Of a stretch of DNA of 64,000 nt, positions 36,550-46,608 are shown piece after piece. Both the position numbers and the translations under genes were made by a program. The DNA is from an uncultured Verrucomicrobiae bacterium. GTDB taxonomy: Bacteria > Verrucomicrobiota > Verrucomicrobiia > Chthoniobacterales > JAFAMB01. The stretch spans positions 4,160,001 through 4,224,000 of the forward strand of contig CAWIPH010000002.1 of the NCBI GenBank assembly GCA_963837955.1, given 5' to 3'. Within the stretch, counting starts at the first letter, position 1; each line of letters begins with the position of its first letter. The notes under the pieces are model-generated. The model had not been told where the DNA came from, did no database searches, and saw only the letters and a program-made list of their open reading frames with translations.

Positions 36550-37230
36550 CTAAGCGCTCCGTCTCACTGGCCGATTCACTACCAGCTCGACTAATCGTTC
36601 AATCGATAAATCTTTTGCGCTACGTACGATCAGATCGGCCATCGAGAGATCTTGCCGCTCACTAAATTCATTGGGAATCGCCACAACCTGAAGGCCCGCC
36701 GCTTTGGCCGCCCGAGACCCAGGCTCAGAGTCTTCCAGAGCGACGCTACAATGCGGATCAGCTCCGAGCGTTTGTACCGCTTTCAGATAAACATCAGGCG
36801 CGGGCTTGGGGTTCAAAACCATATCCCGGGTGATAATCGTCCCAACATAATGTCGAAGACCGAGCCGTTCCAACCCTTGCTCGACCCAGCCGTGCCCAGA
36901 ATTGCTGGCGACGCCGATTCGAATCGATTGGCGGCTTGCTTCAGCCATCAACATCTCAATCCCAGGAAGTGTGGACTGCTGCAGCGTCAATTCCCAATTT
37001 CGACTTTCCCGGCCTGGCGCAAGAAGATTCCAATCAAGCTTCTGGCCAAGAAGCTTCTCCAAGTGTAGACCGGGATCAAAACCTCCGACGTAACCGGTCG
37101 CGTGCCTCCAATCGTCTAACGTAAGTTTCTGCCCAAACCTCTCGTACAGTTCAGACCAGCTCACAAAGCCCGGTCGTTCGGTGTCGACTATGAGTCCATC
37201 AAAATCGAAAACGAGCGCTTGGAGAGTCAT
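36550..37230 (-). CDS. HAD family phosphatase
   Basis: FDFDGLIVDTE, KPAPDVY, LEDSEPG. Confidence 0.92.
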   Translation of the reverse strand: MTLQALVFDFDGLIVDTERPGFVSWSELYERFGQKLTLDDWRHATGYVGGFDPGLHLEKLLGQKLDWNLLAPGRESRNWELTLQQSTLPGIEMLMAEASRQSIRIGVASNSGHGWVEQGLERLGLRHYVGTIITRDMVLNPKPAPDVYLKAVQTLGADPHCSVALEDSEPGSRAAKAAGLQVVAIPNEFSERQDLSMADLIVRSAKDLSIERLVELVVNRPVRRSA

Positions 37231-37355
37231 CAAGTCAGTGAAAGTTCGATTGATCCTCTGGCTCCGAAATCAGTGTCCTGTCCGCGAAATAGCACTACCC
37301 AGGTAAATTGCGCGGAAGAAAAATAGCCGGAAGTATCTGGCCGACGCCTCAAATG

Positions 37356-37790
37356 TTATCGCTTCAGCGCCGGCTCAAAAAGCTCCAGGTCCGTGAAAAA
37401 TCGCTTTAATTCGGCCGCCGCATTCTCCGGACTGTCGGAACCATGAACTACGTTGAACATCGAATCCTTGCCAAAATCGCCACGAATCGTCCCTTTAGCC
37501 GCCTTACGGGAATCCGTGGGTCCCATCAACTCGCGCACCCGCAAGACTGCTCCCTCACCGCTCAGAGCAAGAACAATGACCGGCGCCGATTGCATGAACT
37601 CTCGAAGCTTCGGATAAAATGGCCTGTCAGCAACATGGGAGTAATGATCGGCCAAAAGAGCATCGTTCAAAAGCATCATCTTACATCCGACGATCTCCAA
37701 TCCGGCCTGCTCGAACCGTTTCACGACGTCGCCGCAATGTTTGGCGGCGAGGCAATCGGGTTTTAGCAGTACAAGGGTAGTCTCAACCAT
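37356..37790 (-). CDS. ndk: Nucleoside diphosphate kinase
   Basis: TLVLLKPD, GTIRGDFG, NVVHGSDS. Confidence 0.96.
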   Translation of the reverse strand: MVETTLVLLKPDCLAAKHCGDVVKRFEQAGLEIVGCKMMLLNDALLADHYSHVADRPFYPKLREFMQSAPVIVLALSGEGAVLRVRELMGPTDSRKAAKGTIRGDFGKDSMFNVVHGSDSPENAAAELKRFFTDLELFEPALKR

Positions 37791-38048
37791 AATTGAATCC
37801 GGTATCCAGTACCGTGAATCCTGGGATCCGCAACTAAGAAAGCCGGGAAGGGCGCTTAGGTAGCCTGATGCCTCCTCCTTCGTTCCGCCCCAAACCCGCA
37901 ATCTACGGCGGACAAGCCAGCCTCAGGGAGCATGTCAGAGTCGGTGATCAGTGATCAGTGAGAGGGCGATGGGAGACTTCTCCGAGGGTTTATCGATACG
38001 CAGCACCATTCACCAATCACGTCTCACCTCTCACAATCGCTGCAGCCG

Positions 38049-39821
38049 CTACAACCTGGATATAAGCAGTTCCCTCTGATAATGCAGCTCCGAAGGAAGA
38101 TCGCTATGCAGACGGACAAACAGCTCGTCCTGGGCCAACACCTCTCTCTTCCATTCTTCAACGTCGATACTGAGCGCTTCATCTAGTCTCGCCCGATCGT
38201 AGTCCATATCTTCTAAGTCGATGTCGCTCGCCGCCGGCATCCACCCAAGCGGAGTCTCGTCCGCTCCTAATCGTCCCCGACAACGGTCGACAATCCACTT
38301 CAGGACGCGCATGTTATCCCCGAACCCAGGCCACAAGAATTGGCCATCCGGATCTTTCCGAAACCAATTTACATGAAAGATTTTTGGCGGGCGTTTAATG
38401 ATTTTCCGCATTTTCAGCCAATGGCCGAAATAAGCGCCCATGTTGTAACCGCAGAAGGGAAGCATGGCCATTGGATCTCGGCGCACATGACCTACCGCTC
38501 CGGCGGCCGCCGCAGTGGTTTCAGATCCCATAGTGGCGCCAACGTACACACCGTGAATCCAGTTAAACGCTTGGAATACCAGTGGGAAAACCGTTGCTCG
38601 CCGGCCGCCGAAAATAATCCCACTGATGGGCACTCCTTGGGGATCGTTAACCATTGCATCCAAGGCAGGGTTATTGGTCATCGGCGAACAAAACCGGCTG
38701 TTAGGATGAGCTGCCTTCTCCCCAGAGGAACTGCGCCAGGGTCGTCCCTGCCAATCGAAAAGATTTTCTGGAGGAGGATTATCCTTCCCCTCCCACCATA
38801 CGTCGCCGTCGGCCGATAACGCGACGTTGGTGAAGATCGTGTCCCGCTTCATCGATTCCATCGCGTTCCGGTTAGATCGATAGTTTGTCCCCGGAACAAC
38901 TCCGAAATACCCGTTCTCAGGGTTGATTGCATAAAGACGGCCATCCGCTCCTGGCCGCATCCAGGCTATATCATCACCGACGGTCCAAACCTTCCACCCC
39001 GCGAATCGTTTTGGCGGGATCAACATCGCGAAGTTGGTCTTTCCACACGCACTTGGAAAGGCCGCTGCCACGTAGGTCTTCTCGCCCCGGGGGTCCTCGA
39101 CACCCAAGATGAGCATATGTTCTGCCATCCACCCTTCTTGCCGGCCTAGGTATGAACCAATTCGTAGACTAAGACATTTTTTCCCGAGAAGGACGTTGCC
39201 GCCGTAATCCGACCCAACCGAGATGATCGCGTTATCGTGTGGGAAATGAGCGATGTATCTTCGCTCCGGATTAATATCGAGCATGCAATGCAGACCGCGG
39301 TTGAAATCTTCGCTAGCTCCGAGTTGACGGTAAGCGATCTCTCCCATGCGCGTCATGATGCGCATGCTCAGAACAACATAGATCGAATCAGTAAGCTCGA
39401 CGCCGATTTTGCTAAGGCCCGAACCCGGAGGCCCCATCAAATATGGAACCACGTACATTCTTCGACCCCGCATCGCTCCTTGGGCCAGACCGTAAAGCTT
39501 GCCGTACATGTCCCCTGGAGCAGCCCAATTGTTGGTGGGCCCGGCCTCGTCCGCGCTAGGCGTGCAAATGTAAGTGCATTGTTCGACGCGCGCGACATCG
39601 TTAGGTTCCGACCGATGATAGTAACACCCGGGCCACTTCTCTTGGTCCAACGGAATCAAGACCCCTGTATCAACCGCCAAGCTGGTAAGAAACTCTTTTT
39701 CCTCCAGGGATCCATCGCACCAAAAAACCTGCTCCGGCTGGCAGATCTTGGCCATCCTCTCGACCCAGGAGATAATGCCTTGGTTTTGCGTATTCCTGGT
39801 TCCAAGGGTGCTATCGCTCAT
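38049..39821 (-). CDS. pckG: GTP-dependent phosphoenolpyruvate carboxykinase
   Basis: LLGKKC, AAFPSACGKTN, VGDDIAW, HPNSRF, DPMAMLPFCGY. Confidence 0.96.
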   Translation of the reverse strand: MSDSTLGTRNTQNQGIISWVERMAKICQPEQVFWCDGSLEEKEFLTSLAVDTGVLIPLDQEKWPGCYYHRSEPNDVARVEQCTYICTPSADEAGPTNNWAAPGDMYGKLYGLAQGAMRGRRMYVVPYLMGPPGSGLSKIGVELTDSIYVVLSMRIMTRMGEIAYRQLGASEDFNRGLHCMLDINPERRYIAHFPHDNAIISVGSDYGGNVLLGKKCLSLRIGSYLGRQEGWMAEHMLILGVEDPRGEKTYVAAAFPSACGKTNFAMLIPPKRFAGWKVWTVGDDIAWMRPGADGRLYAINPENGYFGVVPGTNYRSNRNAMESMKRDTIFTNVALSADGDVWWEGKDNPPPENLFDWQGRPWRSSSGEKAAHPNSRFCSPMTNNPALDAMVNDPQGVPISGIIFGGRRATVFPLVFQAFNWIHGVYVGATMGSETTAAAAGAVGHVRRDPMAMLPFCGYNMGAYFGHWLKMRKIIKRPPKIFHVNWFRKDPDGQFLWPGFGDNMRVLKWIVDRCRGRLGADETPLGWMPAASDIDLEDMDYDRARLDEALSIDVEEWKREVLAQDELFVRLHSDLPSELHYQRELLISRL

Positions 39822-39940
39822 TCTTTCTCTCGTCCTTCGGTCTGGGAGGGTACTATTTTGGAAAAATGCGATCCAAGACCAATTCGGAATAGTTCATTCC
39901 CCCTCTGCATCCCCTTTAACGTCAAATCCGCTCGGCCGAA

Positions 39941-40990
39941 ATGGAACTAACGCTGCGAATCAACGAGATTGCGTTCGGCGGCAGTGGCGTCGGGAAAGCC
40001 GATGGCAAAGTAGTATTTGTACCCTTCACCATCGATGAAGAGTTGGTCCAGGTCCAGATCGTTGAAGCCCACAAAAGCTATAATCAAGCCTTGCTCCAAA
40101 CGATTCTTGAGCCCTCTCGCCACCGGCAGTTGCCGCCCTGCCCCTACTATCAAGTTTGCGGAGGTTGCGACTACCAGCACATTCAGTACTCGCACCAGCT
40201 AGAATTAAAGCGGTGCCAGGTTGAGCAGGCGCTCCGCCGGATTGCCAAACTTACAAAAGTGGTTGTACCGCCCGTCATCCCCAGCCCTAAAATTTACGGA
40301 TTTCGCAACCGCATTACCGTTCACTCTGATGGGCAGGCGATCGGTTTTTTTCGGAAAAGAAGCCGGCAGATCGTCGATGTCACCCGCTGTGCCCTTGCCT
40401 CCGAAGGAGTAAACGCCCGACTCACCGAAGTTCGCAACAAGGGCATGGCGGCTGATCGTCATGCTACGATACGAGAGAACGACGCTATCACGACGTTCAC
40501 GCAGACCAATGATGAGGTTGCCCAAAAAATAGCGGACTATGTCCGCAGGCGCGTGAAGGGCCCGATGATCGTCGACGCTTATTGTGGTTCAGGTTTTTTC
40601 GCCCACCAGCTTGCCCCTGAGATCGAAACGGTCATCGGTATCGAACGGAATCGAGCAGCTTACAACCTGGCTGTACGATCGGCTTTCGCGAACGAAAAGT
40701 ATCTTTGCGCCGACGTCGCGGAGATTTTGCCCCAGGTTTTGAAGGAATATCGCGTCTCGACTCTCCTTCTGGATCCGCCAACGGAGGGATTAGCCAAAGA
40801 GACCTGCGCAACGATTGACGAGCAGCCCCCTGGCAGGGTGATATACGTATCTTGTAATCCAGCAACGTTTGCGCGGGACATCGGCCGGTTGCAGCCAAGC
40901 TTCAACCTCGTCGATATACAGCCATTCGATATGTTTCCACAGACAGCGGAAATTGAGCTGGCTGCGCTGCTCGAACCGGCTGCGCGATAA
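39941..40990 (+). CDS. TRAM-domain RNA (uracil-5)-methyltransferase, RlmD/TrmA family
   Basis: CPYYQVCGGCDYQH, DAYCGSG, LDPP, YVSCNPAT, DMFPQT. Confidence 0.9.
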   Translation: MELTLRINEIAFGGSGVGKADGKVVFVPFTIDEELVQVQIVEAHKSYNQALLQTILEPSRHRQLPPCPYYQVCGGCDYQHIQYSHQLELKRCQVEQALRRIAKLTKVVVPPVIPSPKIYGFRNRITVHSDGQAIGFFRKRSRQIVDVTRCALASEGVNARLTEVRNKGMAADRHATIRENDAITTFTQTNDEVAQKIADYVRRRVKGPMIVDAYCGSGFFAHQLAPEIETVIGIERNRAAYNLAVRSAFANEKYLCADVAEILPQVLKEYRVSTLLLDPPTEGLAKETCATIDEQPPGRVIYVSCNPATFARDIGRLQPSFNLVDIQPFDMFPQTAEIELAALLEPAAR

Positions 40991-41014
40991 CCCAGGGAAG
41001 TCGCACCCTCCTTC

Positions 41015-41932
41015 TTAGGCGATGCTTTCCAAAGAAGGGTTAGCTGTAAGAAAATTCCAAAACCGCTCGGCCAGAGGGCGGGTTCGTTCGAGTGATCGGT
41101 AGATGCGCACTTCCATGCCACCAGCTTCAGGGATATCCATGACTTGGACCGTGCATCGGCTTAGTTCGTTGCGCACCGAGCTTTCCGGTAACCAAGCGAT
41201 CCCGTGTCCCGCTAAAACCATCGCCTTCACTGCCTCCGCCATCCCGTTCTCGTAGACTTTTCTTAACTGGAGCCGATGGCCGGAATCAGAGAGAACCACG
41301 CGACACAATCTTCCTAAAAACGATTCGGAGGTATACCCAAGGAAAGGGACGGCGGTACCGACGAAATGGGAAAGAGGGAAATAAGGATGACCATCAACAT
41401 CGACGCCGGTGACGAGAACGAGCCGATCCGAGCCGAGCGCAACGTGGGGAAACTTTGCTGGATCCAGGAATACCGGCACCATAGGGTGATAATAGGTAAA
41501 CAGGAAATCGCACTCTCCTTCGACCAACCGCTGAATCGAAACTTGAAAATCGTCGGCAAATAGGCTGATGCCGATCGTACCAAAAGACCGCTCAACTTTT
41601 TTTAACCACTCGGGCAAGAATTGGAGTGAGAGCGCATGCAACGCCGCGATCTTCACCGTCGAGCCTGTTAGCCTGTCTTGGCTTTGTAAGCGACCGCGCT
41701 CCTCTTGCAGCATTCTTACAACCTCCTCTGCGACCGCCCGAAACTGGCGTCCGGCAGGCGTGAGTGATGTGGGATAGGTACTTCGATCCACTAGAGCGGT
41801 CCCGATCCACATCTCCAGTGCCTGAATCCGCCGGCTGAAAGCCGATTGAGTGACGTGCCGTTGGGCGGCCGATTTCGAGAAGCTGTGCGTGCTTGCTAGA
41901 CTTAGAAAATCCTCCAGCCAGATCAGGTCCAC
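41015..41932 (-). CDS. LysR family transcriptional regulator (HypT/YjiE-like)
   Basis: WLEDFLSLASTHSFSKSAAQRHVTQSAFSRRIQALE HTH; start set at GTG 41932, frame open upstream to 42304. Confidence 0.92.
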   Translation of the reverse strand: MDLIWLEDFLSLASTHSFSKSAAQRHVTQSAFSRRIQALEMWIGTALVDRSTYPTSLTPAGRQFRAVAEEVVRMLQEERGRLQSQDRLTGSTVKIAALHALSLQFLPEWLKKVERSFGTIGISLFADDFQVSIQRLVEGECDFLFTYYHPMVPVFLDPAKFPHVALGSDRLVLVTGVDVDGHPYFPLSHFVGTAVPFLGYTSESFLGRLCRVVLSDSGHRLQLRKVYENGMAEAVKAMVLAGHGIAWLPESSVRNELSRCTVQVMDIPEAGGMEVRIYRSLERTRPLAERFWNFLTANPSLESIA

Positions 41933-41974
41933 GGCACCAGAGTTTAATCCAGGTTCAGGAGCGATGCCACGGGG

Positions 41975-42199
41975 AATAGCGCCGAGAACGCCGAGAACGC
42001 CGTGAACGCCGTGAACGCCGGGAACGCCGGGAACGCCGGGAGCGCCGGGAGCGCCGGGAACGCCGAGAACGCCGGGAGCGCCGGGAACGCCGAGAACGCC
42101 GGGAACGCCGGGAACGCCGGGAGCGCCGGGAACGCCGGGAACGCCGGGAGCGCCGGGAGCGCCGGGAACGCCGGGAGCGCCGGGAACGCCGGGAGCGCC
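41975..42199. repeat. 9-bp tandem repeat (about 24-25 copies, GCCG(G/A/T)GA(A/G)C)
   Basis: Direct inspection; reads as (G-A/V-P/L/H)25 in the LysR frame. Confidence 0.95.
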
Positions 42200-42317
42200 G
42201 TCATCGCGTGGCTGACCTAAGAACGCAGTCGCCTCGTTCGAATTTTCTGGTCGGGCAAGACATGCCCATCGGCGGGACGGTCGCCGCTGCCGAGACATCC
42301 GCATGCGCTTTTTAGGC

Positions 42318-42375
42318 CGCTCCCGGCGATGACGGCGTTCTCGGCGCTCCCGGCGATGACGGCGTTCTCGGCGTT
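42318..42375. repeat. Inverted partner arm of the 9-mer array (27-bp unit x2)
   Basis: CGCTCCCGGCGATGACGGCGTTCTCGG twice; reverse complement of the array units and of GCCGTCATCGC at the array end. Confidence 0.85.
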
Positions 42376-42377
42376 GT

Positions 42378-43853
42378 CTACTCGATCCCCCAATCCCGCA
42401 GTTTTTGACTCACCCGGTGCTGCGTGGCTTCATCCATGCGCACCAACTGCGGCCATTCCCGATGGTAGCCTTCGCCTGCGAGTTTGCGGGTGGCATCAAA
42501 TCCCATATGGGACCCGACATTCGGATGAGTGGTAGCGTGGTCAAGGCTGTCGGACGGATTCTTAATGAAAGTCGTGTCCCGTTGCGGGTCGGTATTAGCG
42601 CAGAGCCGGAACAGCACCTCACTGGTATTTCTGACATCGCAATCTTCATCAACGACCACAATATACTTGGAGAACATCATTTGGCCCATCCCCCACAGCC
42701 CATGCATGATCTTGTAAGCTTGATAAGGATATTGTTTCCGAATGCTCACAAAAACGAGGTTGTGAAATACTCCCTCGGCGGGCAGAGCCATATCGACTAT
42801 TTCCGGGAAATTCATCTTAAAGACAGGCAGAAAAATGCGCACGCTGGCGTCACCAATATAAAAATCTTCCATCGGCGGAACCCCAACGATTGTCGCAGGG
42901 TAAATCGCCTTTCGGCGGTGAGTAATCGCCGTGATATGAAAAACCGGATAAGGATCGATTGGTGTGTAGAACCCAGTGTGGTCGCCAAACGGTCCCTCGC
43001 CTCTTAGCTCTCCAGGTTGCACGTAGCCTTCCAAGACAAAGTCGACATCTGCCGGAACTTCGAGCTCGTTGGATTCACACTTAACCAGCTCCACCGATTT
43101 CTTGCGAATGAAGCCGGCGAACAATACCTCATCCAAGCCATCCGGAAGAGGAGCGGTTGCCGCAAAGGTGTAGGCTGGATCCCCTCCCAGACAGACCGCT
43201 ACCGGCATCGGCTCATTGCGTTCGTAGTAGAGTCGACCGTGCCGCGCACCTACTTTGTGGACTTGCCAATGCATGCCGGTCGTCTGGCCATCATACAGCT
43301 GCATACGGTACATCCCGACGTTGCGTTGCCCGCTTTCCGGATCACGTGTGTAGACGTTTGGCAAGGTGATAAAACGCCCTCCGTCTTTCGGCCAACAGTG
43401 CAAGATCGGAAGATCCCGAAGAGAGAACGAATCACCCGGCTGAAACCGGTGGATGACCTCTTTGCATGGACCGCCGGAGACCTTCTTCGGCCTGGCATGT
43501 AACAAATCCAATCCCTGCCGCAGCATATTCCATCCTTCGGTAACCGAGGTGGGCGGCTTTGCTTTCAGAATCAACTGTACCTGGTGAGCTAATTCTTCTA
43601 CCGAGTCCAAACCTAGCGCCCGAGCCATCCGCCGTTCTGAGCCAAGTAAATTGATCGCGACCGGAAATTGTGAGGGAGAGCCGTCGATCGTGGGCTTTTC
43701 GAAGAGAAGCGCTTTTCCGCCCCCGCTCTTCTTCATCTCCCGGTCGGCAAATTCAGTAATCTCGAGTTCAGTCGCGACCGGTTCGGCGAAGCGAATGAGT
43801 TCCCCACGTCGATCCAGCTCGCCGACAAATTGTTCAAGAGACGGATAAGCCAT
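42378..43853 (-). CDS. ubiD: UbiD family decarboxylase (menaquinone-pathway type)
   Basis: WPKDGGRFITL, RNVGMYRMQ, EGPFGDHTGFY, PPMED, GLWGMGQM. Confidence 0.92.
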   Translation of the reverse strand: MAYPSLEQFVGELDRRGELIRFAEPVATELEITEFADREMKKSGGGKALLFEKPTIDGSPSQFPVAINLLGSERRMARALGLDSVEELAHQVQLILKAKPPTSVTEGWNMLRQGLDLLHARPKKVSGGPCKEVIHRFQPGDSFSLRDLPILHCWPKDGGRFITLPNVYTRDPESGQRNVGMYRMQLYDGQTTGMHWQVHKVGARHGRLYYERNEPMPVAVCLGGDPAYTFAATAPLPDGLDEVLFAGFIRKKSVELVKCESNELEVPADVDFVLEGYVQPGELRGEGPFGDHTGFYTPIDPYPVFHITAITHRRKAIYPATIVGVPPMEDFYIGDASVRIFLPVFKMNFPEIVDMALPAEGVFHNLVFVSIRKQYPYQAYKIMHGLWGMGQMMFSKYIVVVDEDCDVRNTSEVLFRLCANTDPQRDTTFIKNPSDSLDHATTHPNVGSHMGFDATRKLAGEGYHREWPQLVRMDEATQHRVSQKLRDWGIE

Positions 43854-43986
43854 CAATCAACAAATTGGCGAATAGCAGGCACATCCACAAGGCCTGTTGT
43901 TAGGGCTCAAAGATCGTGTCTGGCAAATCGGGTTTAGCTACGACGGAGCCACCAGCGCAGTCAAGCGCACTCCGTCACCTCCAAAG

Positions 43987-44433
43987 TTATCGAAGATACT
44001 CCCAGCCGGTACATCGATTTCCTTCGAAAAACGCAGTCTTATAGGGAACTTCGATCGTGTCGATATCGTAGTAGGGATCGTAGAAGCCGTAACGATAATG
44101 AAATCCGGGCCAATAATGGTAATAATGATAGAACCCGAACCTGGCGTAATCCGGATAGTAGTAGCCGGCATAAACCGTCCGGTACGTTGTGTAAACCCAG
44201 GCTTCAAATGAATGACCGTTGCGATAACCCACCTGGACGTGGTCCGGTGCACCCCAAGCCAAGTAGACCTGGTCTCTAGTAAAGCCAGCCCGAACTTGCC
44301 CTGACCTAACCAACTCTTGATCCGCAGGCGAAAGCTGAGCATACGCGTACGGTTTTTCTTTAATCCGGTCCTCGACCGTCGAGCAGCTGGCCAGGAGCGC
44401 GAGCACCAAAGCAAAAACCAGTCGCCGTTTCAT
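43987..44433 (-). CDS. Lipoprotein, SmpA/BamE-like fold with Tyr/His-rich insert
   Basis: Lipobox LLAS-C; GFTRDQVYLAWGAPD; EAWVY. Confidence 0.8.
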   Translation of the reverse strand: MKRRLVFALVLALLASCSTVEDRIKEKPYAYAQLSPADQELVRSGQVRAGFTRDQVYLAWGAPDHVQVGYRNGHSFEAWVYTTYRTVYAGYYYPDYARFGFYHYYHYWPGFHYRYGFYDPYYDIDTIEVPYKTAFFEGNRCTGWEYLR

Positions 44434-44634
44434 AACCCGGAGAGTAAAGCGAATTTCCCTCCGTATAAAGGGAATCCGTAACGGAGACGAAGTATGTAGT
44501 GTACGACTTCGGCCTGTCGGATTCTCTGAGCAGGTGCTGCGTCTTCGGCAGTCATCGGACTATGTCGGACAAGGTAGTCGCCGCTATCGCTTGAGCGGTC
44601 TTGCGTTGACCGGTTGCCGGATTAGACTCTCTGC

Positions 44635-45636
44635 ATGGAGGATCGGTTCGGCCATCGTATTAGCTATCTTCGAGTTTCAGTCACGGACCGTTGCAACGAA
44701 CGATGCGTCTACTGTATGCCTCAAGAGCTTCAGGAATGGCTGCCGCATCACGAGATCCTGACCTACCAAGAGATGCAACGCCTGGTCCGAGTTGCTTCAG
44801 AATTAGGAGTAAAAAAAGTTCGAATCACCGGCGGCGAACCACTCACTCGAAGAAATATTCTCGAGTTTTTCCGTCAGATCAGCGTACTACCTAAAATCCA
44901 AGAGATTGGGGTATCGACCAACGGCTCCCTTTTGGCGAAGGAGGTTGCCCCTGGTGTCACTATGGCCCAAGCATTGCGTGAACACCGCGTGACCAGTCTC
45001 AACGTCTCGCTCGATACGCTTCAGGCCGAAACCTACGCCGCAATTACAGGCCGAGATTTGTTGGATCAAACCCTGGCTGGCCTCCGCGCCGCTAAACACG
45101 CTGGCTTTACCAACATCCGGCTCAATACGGTGCTCATGCGAGGCAGGAATGAGCAGGAGCTTTCCGAACTCGTCCGATTTGCGCGACTTCACCAATTTTT
45201 GATACGCTTCATCGAGTTGATGCCCGTGAGCACCCAAACTGTTCTCGATGACGAGAATTTCCTCCCGATTGCGGAAGCAAAGCGCCTCATCGAGTCGGAG
45301 TTCGGTACATTGATAGTAGATTCCCAATTCCGAACGAATGGTCCTGCCGTGTATTATCAATGTTCAGACCATCCTCAGCGGATTGGCTTTATTGGTGCAT
45401 TGACCAACCTTCATTTTTGCGAGAGCTGTAACAAACTCCGACTTACTTGCGAAGGTAAGCTCCGTCCCTGTTTGGGCAGCCATCTCGAATTCGACATCAA
45501 GAAACCGCTCCGGGAAGGCGCTTCTGACGAGGAGCTTGAACGATTTTTCCGGCAAGTTGTAGATCAGAAACCGGAAATGCATGAGTTTCGATCGAACTAC
45601 CAACCCGGTCGAAAGATGGTCGCCATCGGAGGCTAA
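44635..45636 (+). CDS. moaA: GTP 3',8-cyclase (radical SAM)
   Basis: YLRVSVTDRCNERCVYC, TGGEPL, FCESCNKLRLT, C-terminal IGG. Confidence 0.96.
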   Translation: MEDRFGHRISYLRVSVTDRCNERCVYCMPQELQEWLPHHEILTYQEMQRLVRVASELGVKKVRITGGEPLTRRNILEFFRQISVLPKIQEIGVSTNGSLLAKEVAPGVTMAQALREHRVTSLNVSLDTLQAETYAAITGRDLLDQTLAGLRAAKHAGFTNIRLNTVLMRGRNEQELSELVRFARLHQFLIRFIELMPVSTQTVLDDENFLPIAEAKRLIESEFGTLIVDSQFRTNGPAVYYQCSDHPQRIGFIGALTNLHFCESCNKLRLTCEGKLRPCLGSHLEFDIKKPLREGASDEELERFFRQVVDQKPEMHEFRSNYQPGRKMVAIGG

Positions 45637-45652
45637 CGCTCTAACGCATCGG

Positions 45653-46102
45653 ATGGAACTGACACATCTCACTAGCGAGGGCCAAGTGTCCATGGTCGAC
45701 GTATCCGCCAAACCCATCGCACGGCGGACGGCGGTAGCGGAGGGATTGATCCGTCTCCAAACGACCACGCTAGAAAAGATTAATCGATCGCAGATCGCCA
45801 AAGGCAATGTTCTCGCAGTGGCGCAGGTTGCGGCCATCGCGGCAGCGAAACGAACCGACGAATTGATTCCGCTTTGTCACACGCTCCCTATTCAGCATGT
45901 CGAAGTAACCTTCCAAGAGCTTCCCGAAGGGATCCGCATTCGTTGCTCTGTTGTAACCAATGCCCAGACTGGGGTCGAAATGGAAGCTTTGAGTGGCGTT
46001 TCCGTGGGTGCATTAACGATTTACGATATGTGTAAGGCGGTCGACAAAACGATGGAGATCACGGACGTCCATTTAGTGTCTAAAACCAAAGAGGTCCTGT
46101 GA
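45653..46102 (+). CDS. moaC: Cyclic pyranopterin monophosphate synthase
   Basis: LTHL..MVDVSAK, LIPLCH, TGVEMEAL, IYDMCKAVD. Confidence 0.96.
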   Translation: MELTHLTSEGQVSMVDVSAKPIARRTAVAEGLIRLQTTTLEKINRSQIAKGNVLAVAQVAAIAAAKRTDELIPLCHTLPIQHVEVTFQELPEGIRIRCSVVTNAQTGVEMEALSGVSVGALTIYDMCKAVDKTMEITDVHLVSKTKEVL

Positions 46103-46584
46103 ATCAACTCAGCGTCGGAATCATCACAGTTTCGGATCGAGCGTCGGCTGGCATATATCAAGATTTGGGTGGCCCGGCGCTCGTGAGCGAAGCCAAACAA
46201 TTCGGTTGGAGCGTCCAAGCGGAAGCAATCGTACCGGACGAAGTTTCGCAAATTCAAGAATCTGTTCGAGCCTTCGCGGCGCAAGGATGCCAAGTAATCT
46301 TGACGACTGGCGGCACAGGCATTGCGCCTCGAGATTGCACGCCCGAGGCCATCCGGGCAATCATGCGCGTCGAACTTCCCGGTTTCGGCGAGATCATGCG
46401 CGCTGAATCGATAAAGCTGACGCCAAACGCGATTCTCTCTCGGAGCTTAGCTGCGGTGGTTGATCGCTCGCTCGTGATCGCGCTTCCCGGGAAACCAGCG
46501 GGAGCAGTTGATTGCCTCAAGTTCGTGGCGGCTGCGATCCCTCACGCGGTAAAAGTGGCGCAGGGTCTGCCGACGTCATGCTAG
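46099..46584 (+). CDS. mog: Molybdopterin adenylyltransferase (MogA/MoaB)
   Basis: TVSDRAS.G.Y.DLGG, TTGGTG..PRD.TPEA, LPGKP. Confidence 0.92.
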   Translation: MNQLSVGIITVSDRASAGIYQDLGGPALVSEAKQFGWSVQAEAIVPDEVSQIQESVRAFAAQGCQVILTTGGTGIAPRDCTPEAIRAIMRVELPGFGEIMRAESIKLTPNAILSRSLAAVVDRSLVIALPGKPAGAVDCLKFVAAAIPHAVKVAQGLPTSC

Positions 46585-46608
46585 CAGCGAAACCCGGTAG
46601 ACTCTCGT

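Noticed and set aside
41975..42199. CRISPR array or genuine collagen gene
   Set aside because: Contiguous 9-mers without unique spacers, no cas genes; an inverted partner arm indicates a DNA repeat element; no signal peptide
44440..44634. Moco riboswitch or a ninth LytTR element upstream of moaA
   Set aside because: No recognisable Moco RNA motifs; TCGG(A)C repeats have 10/20-nt spacing with no A-tract or TCTAYT
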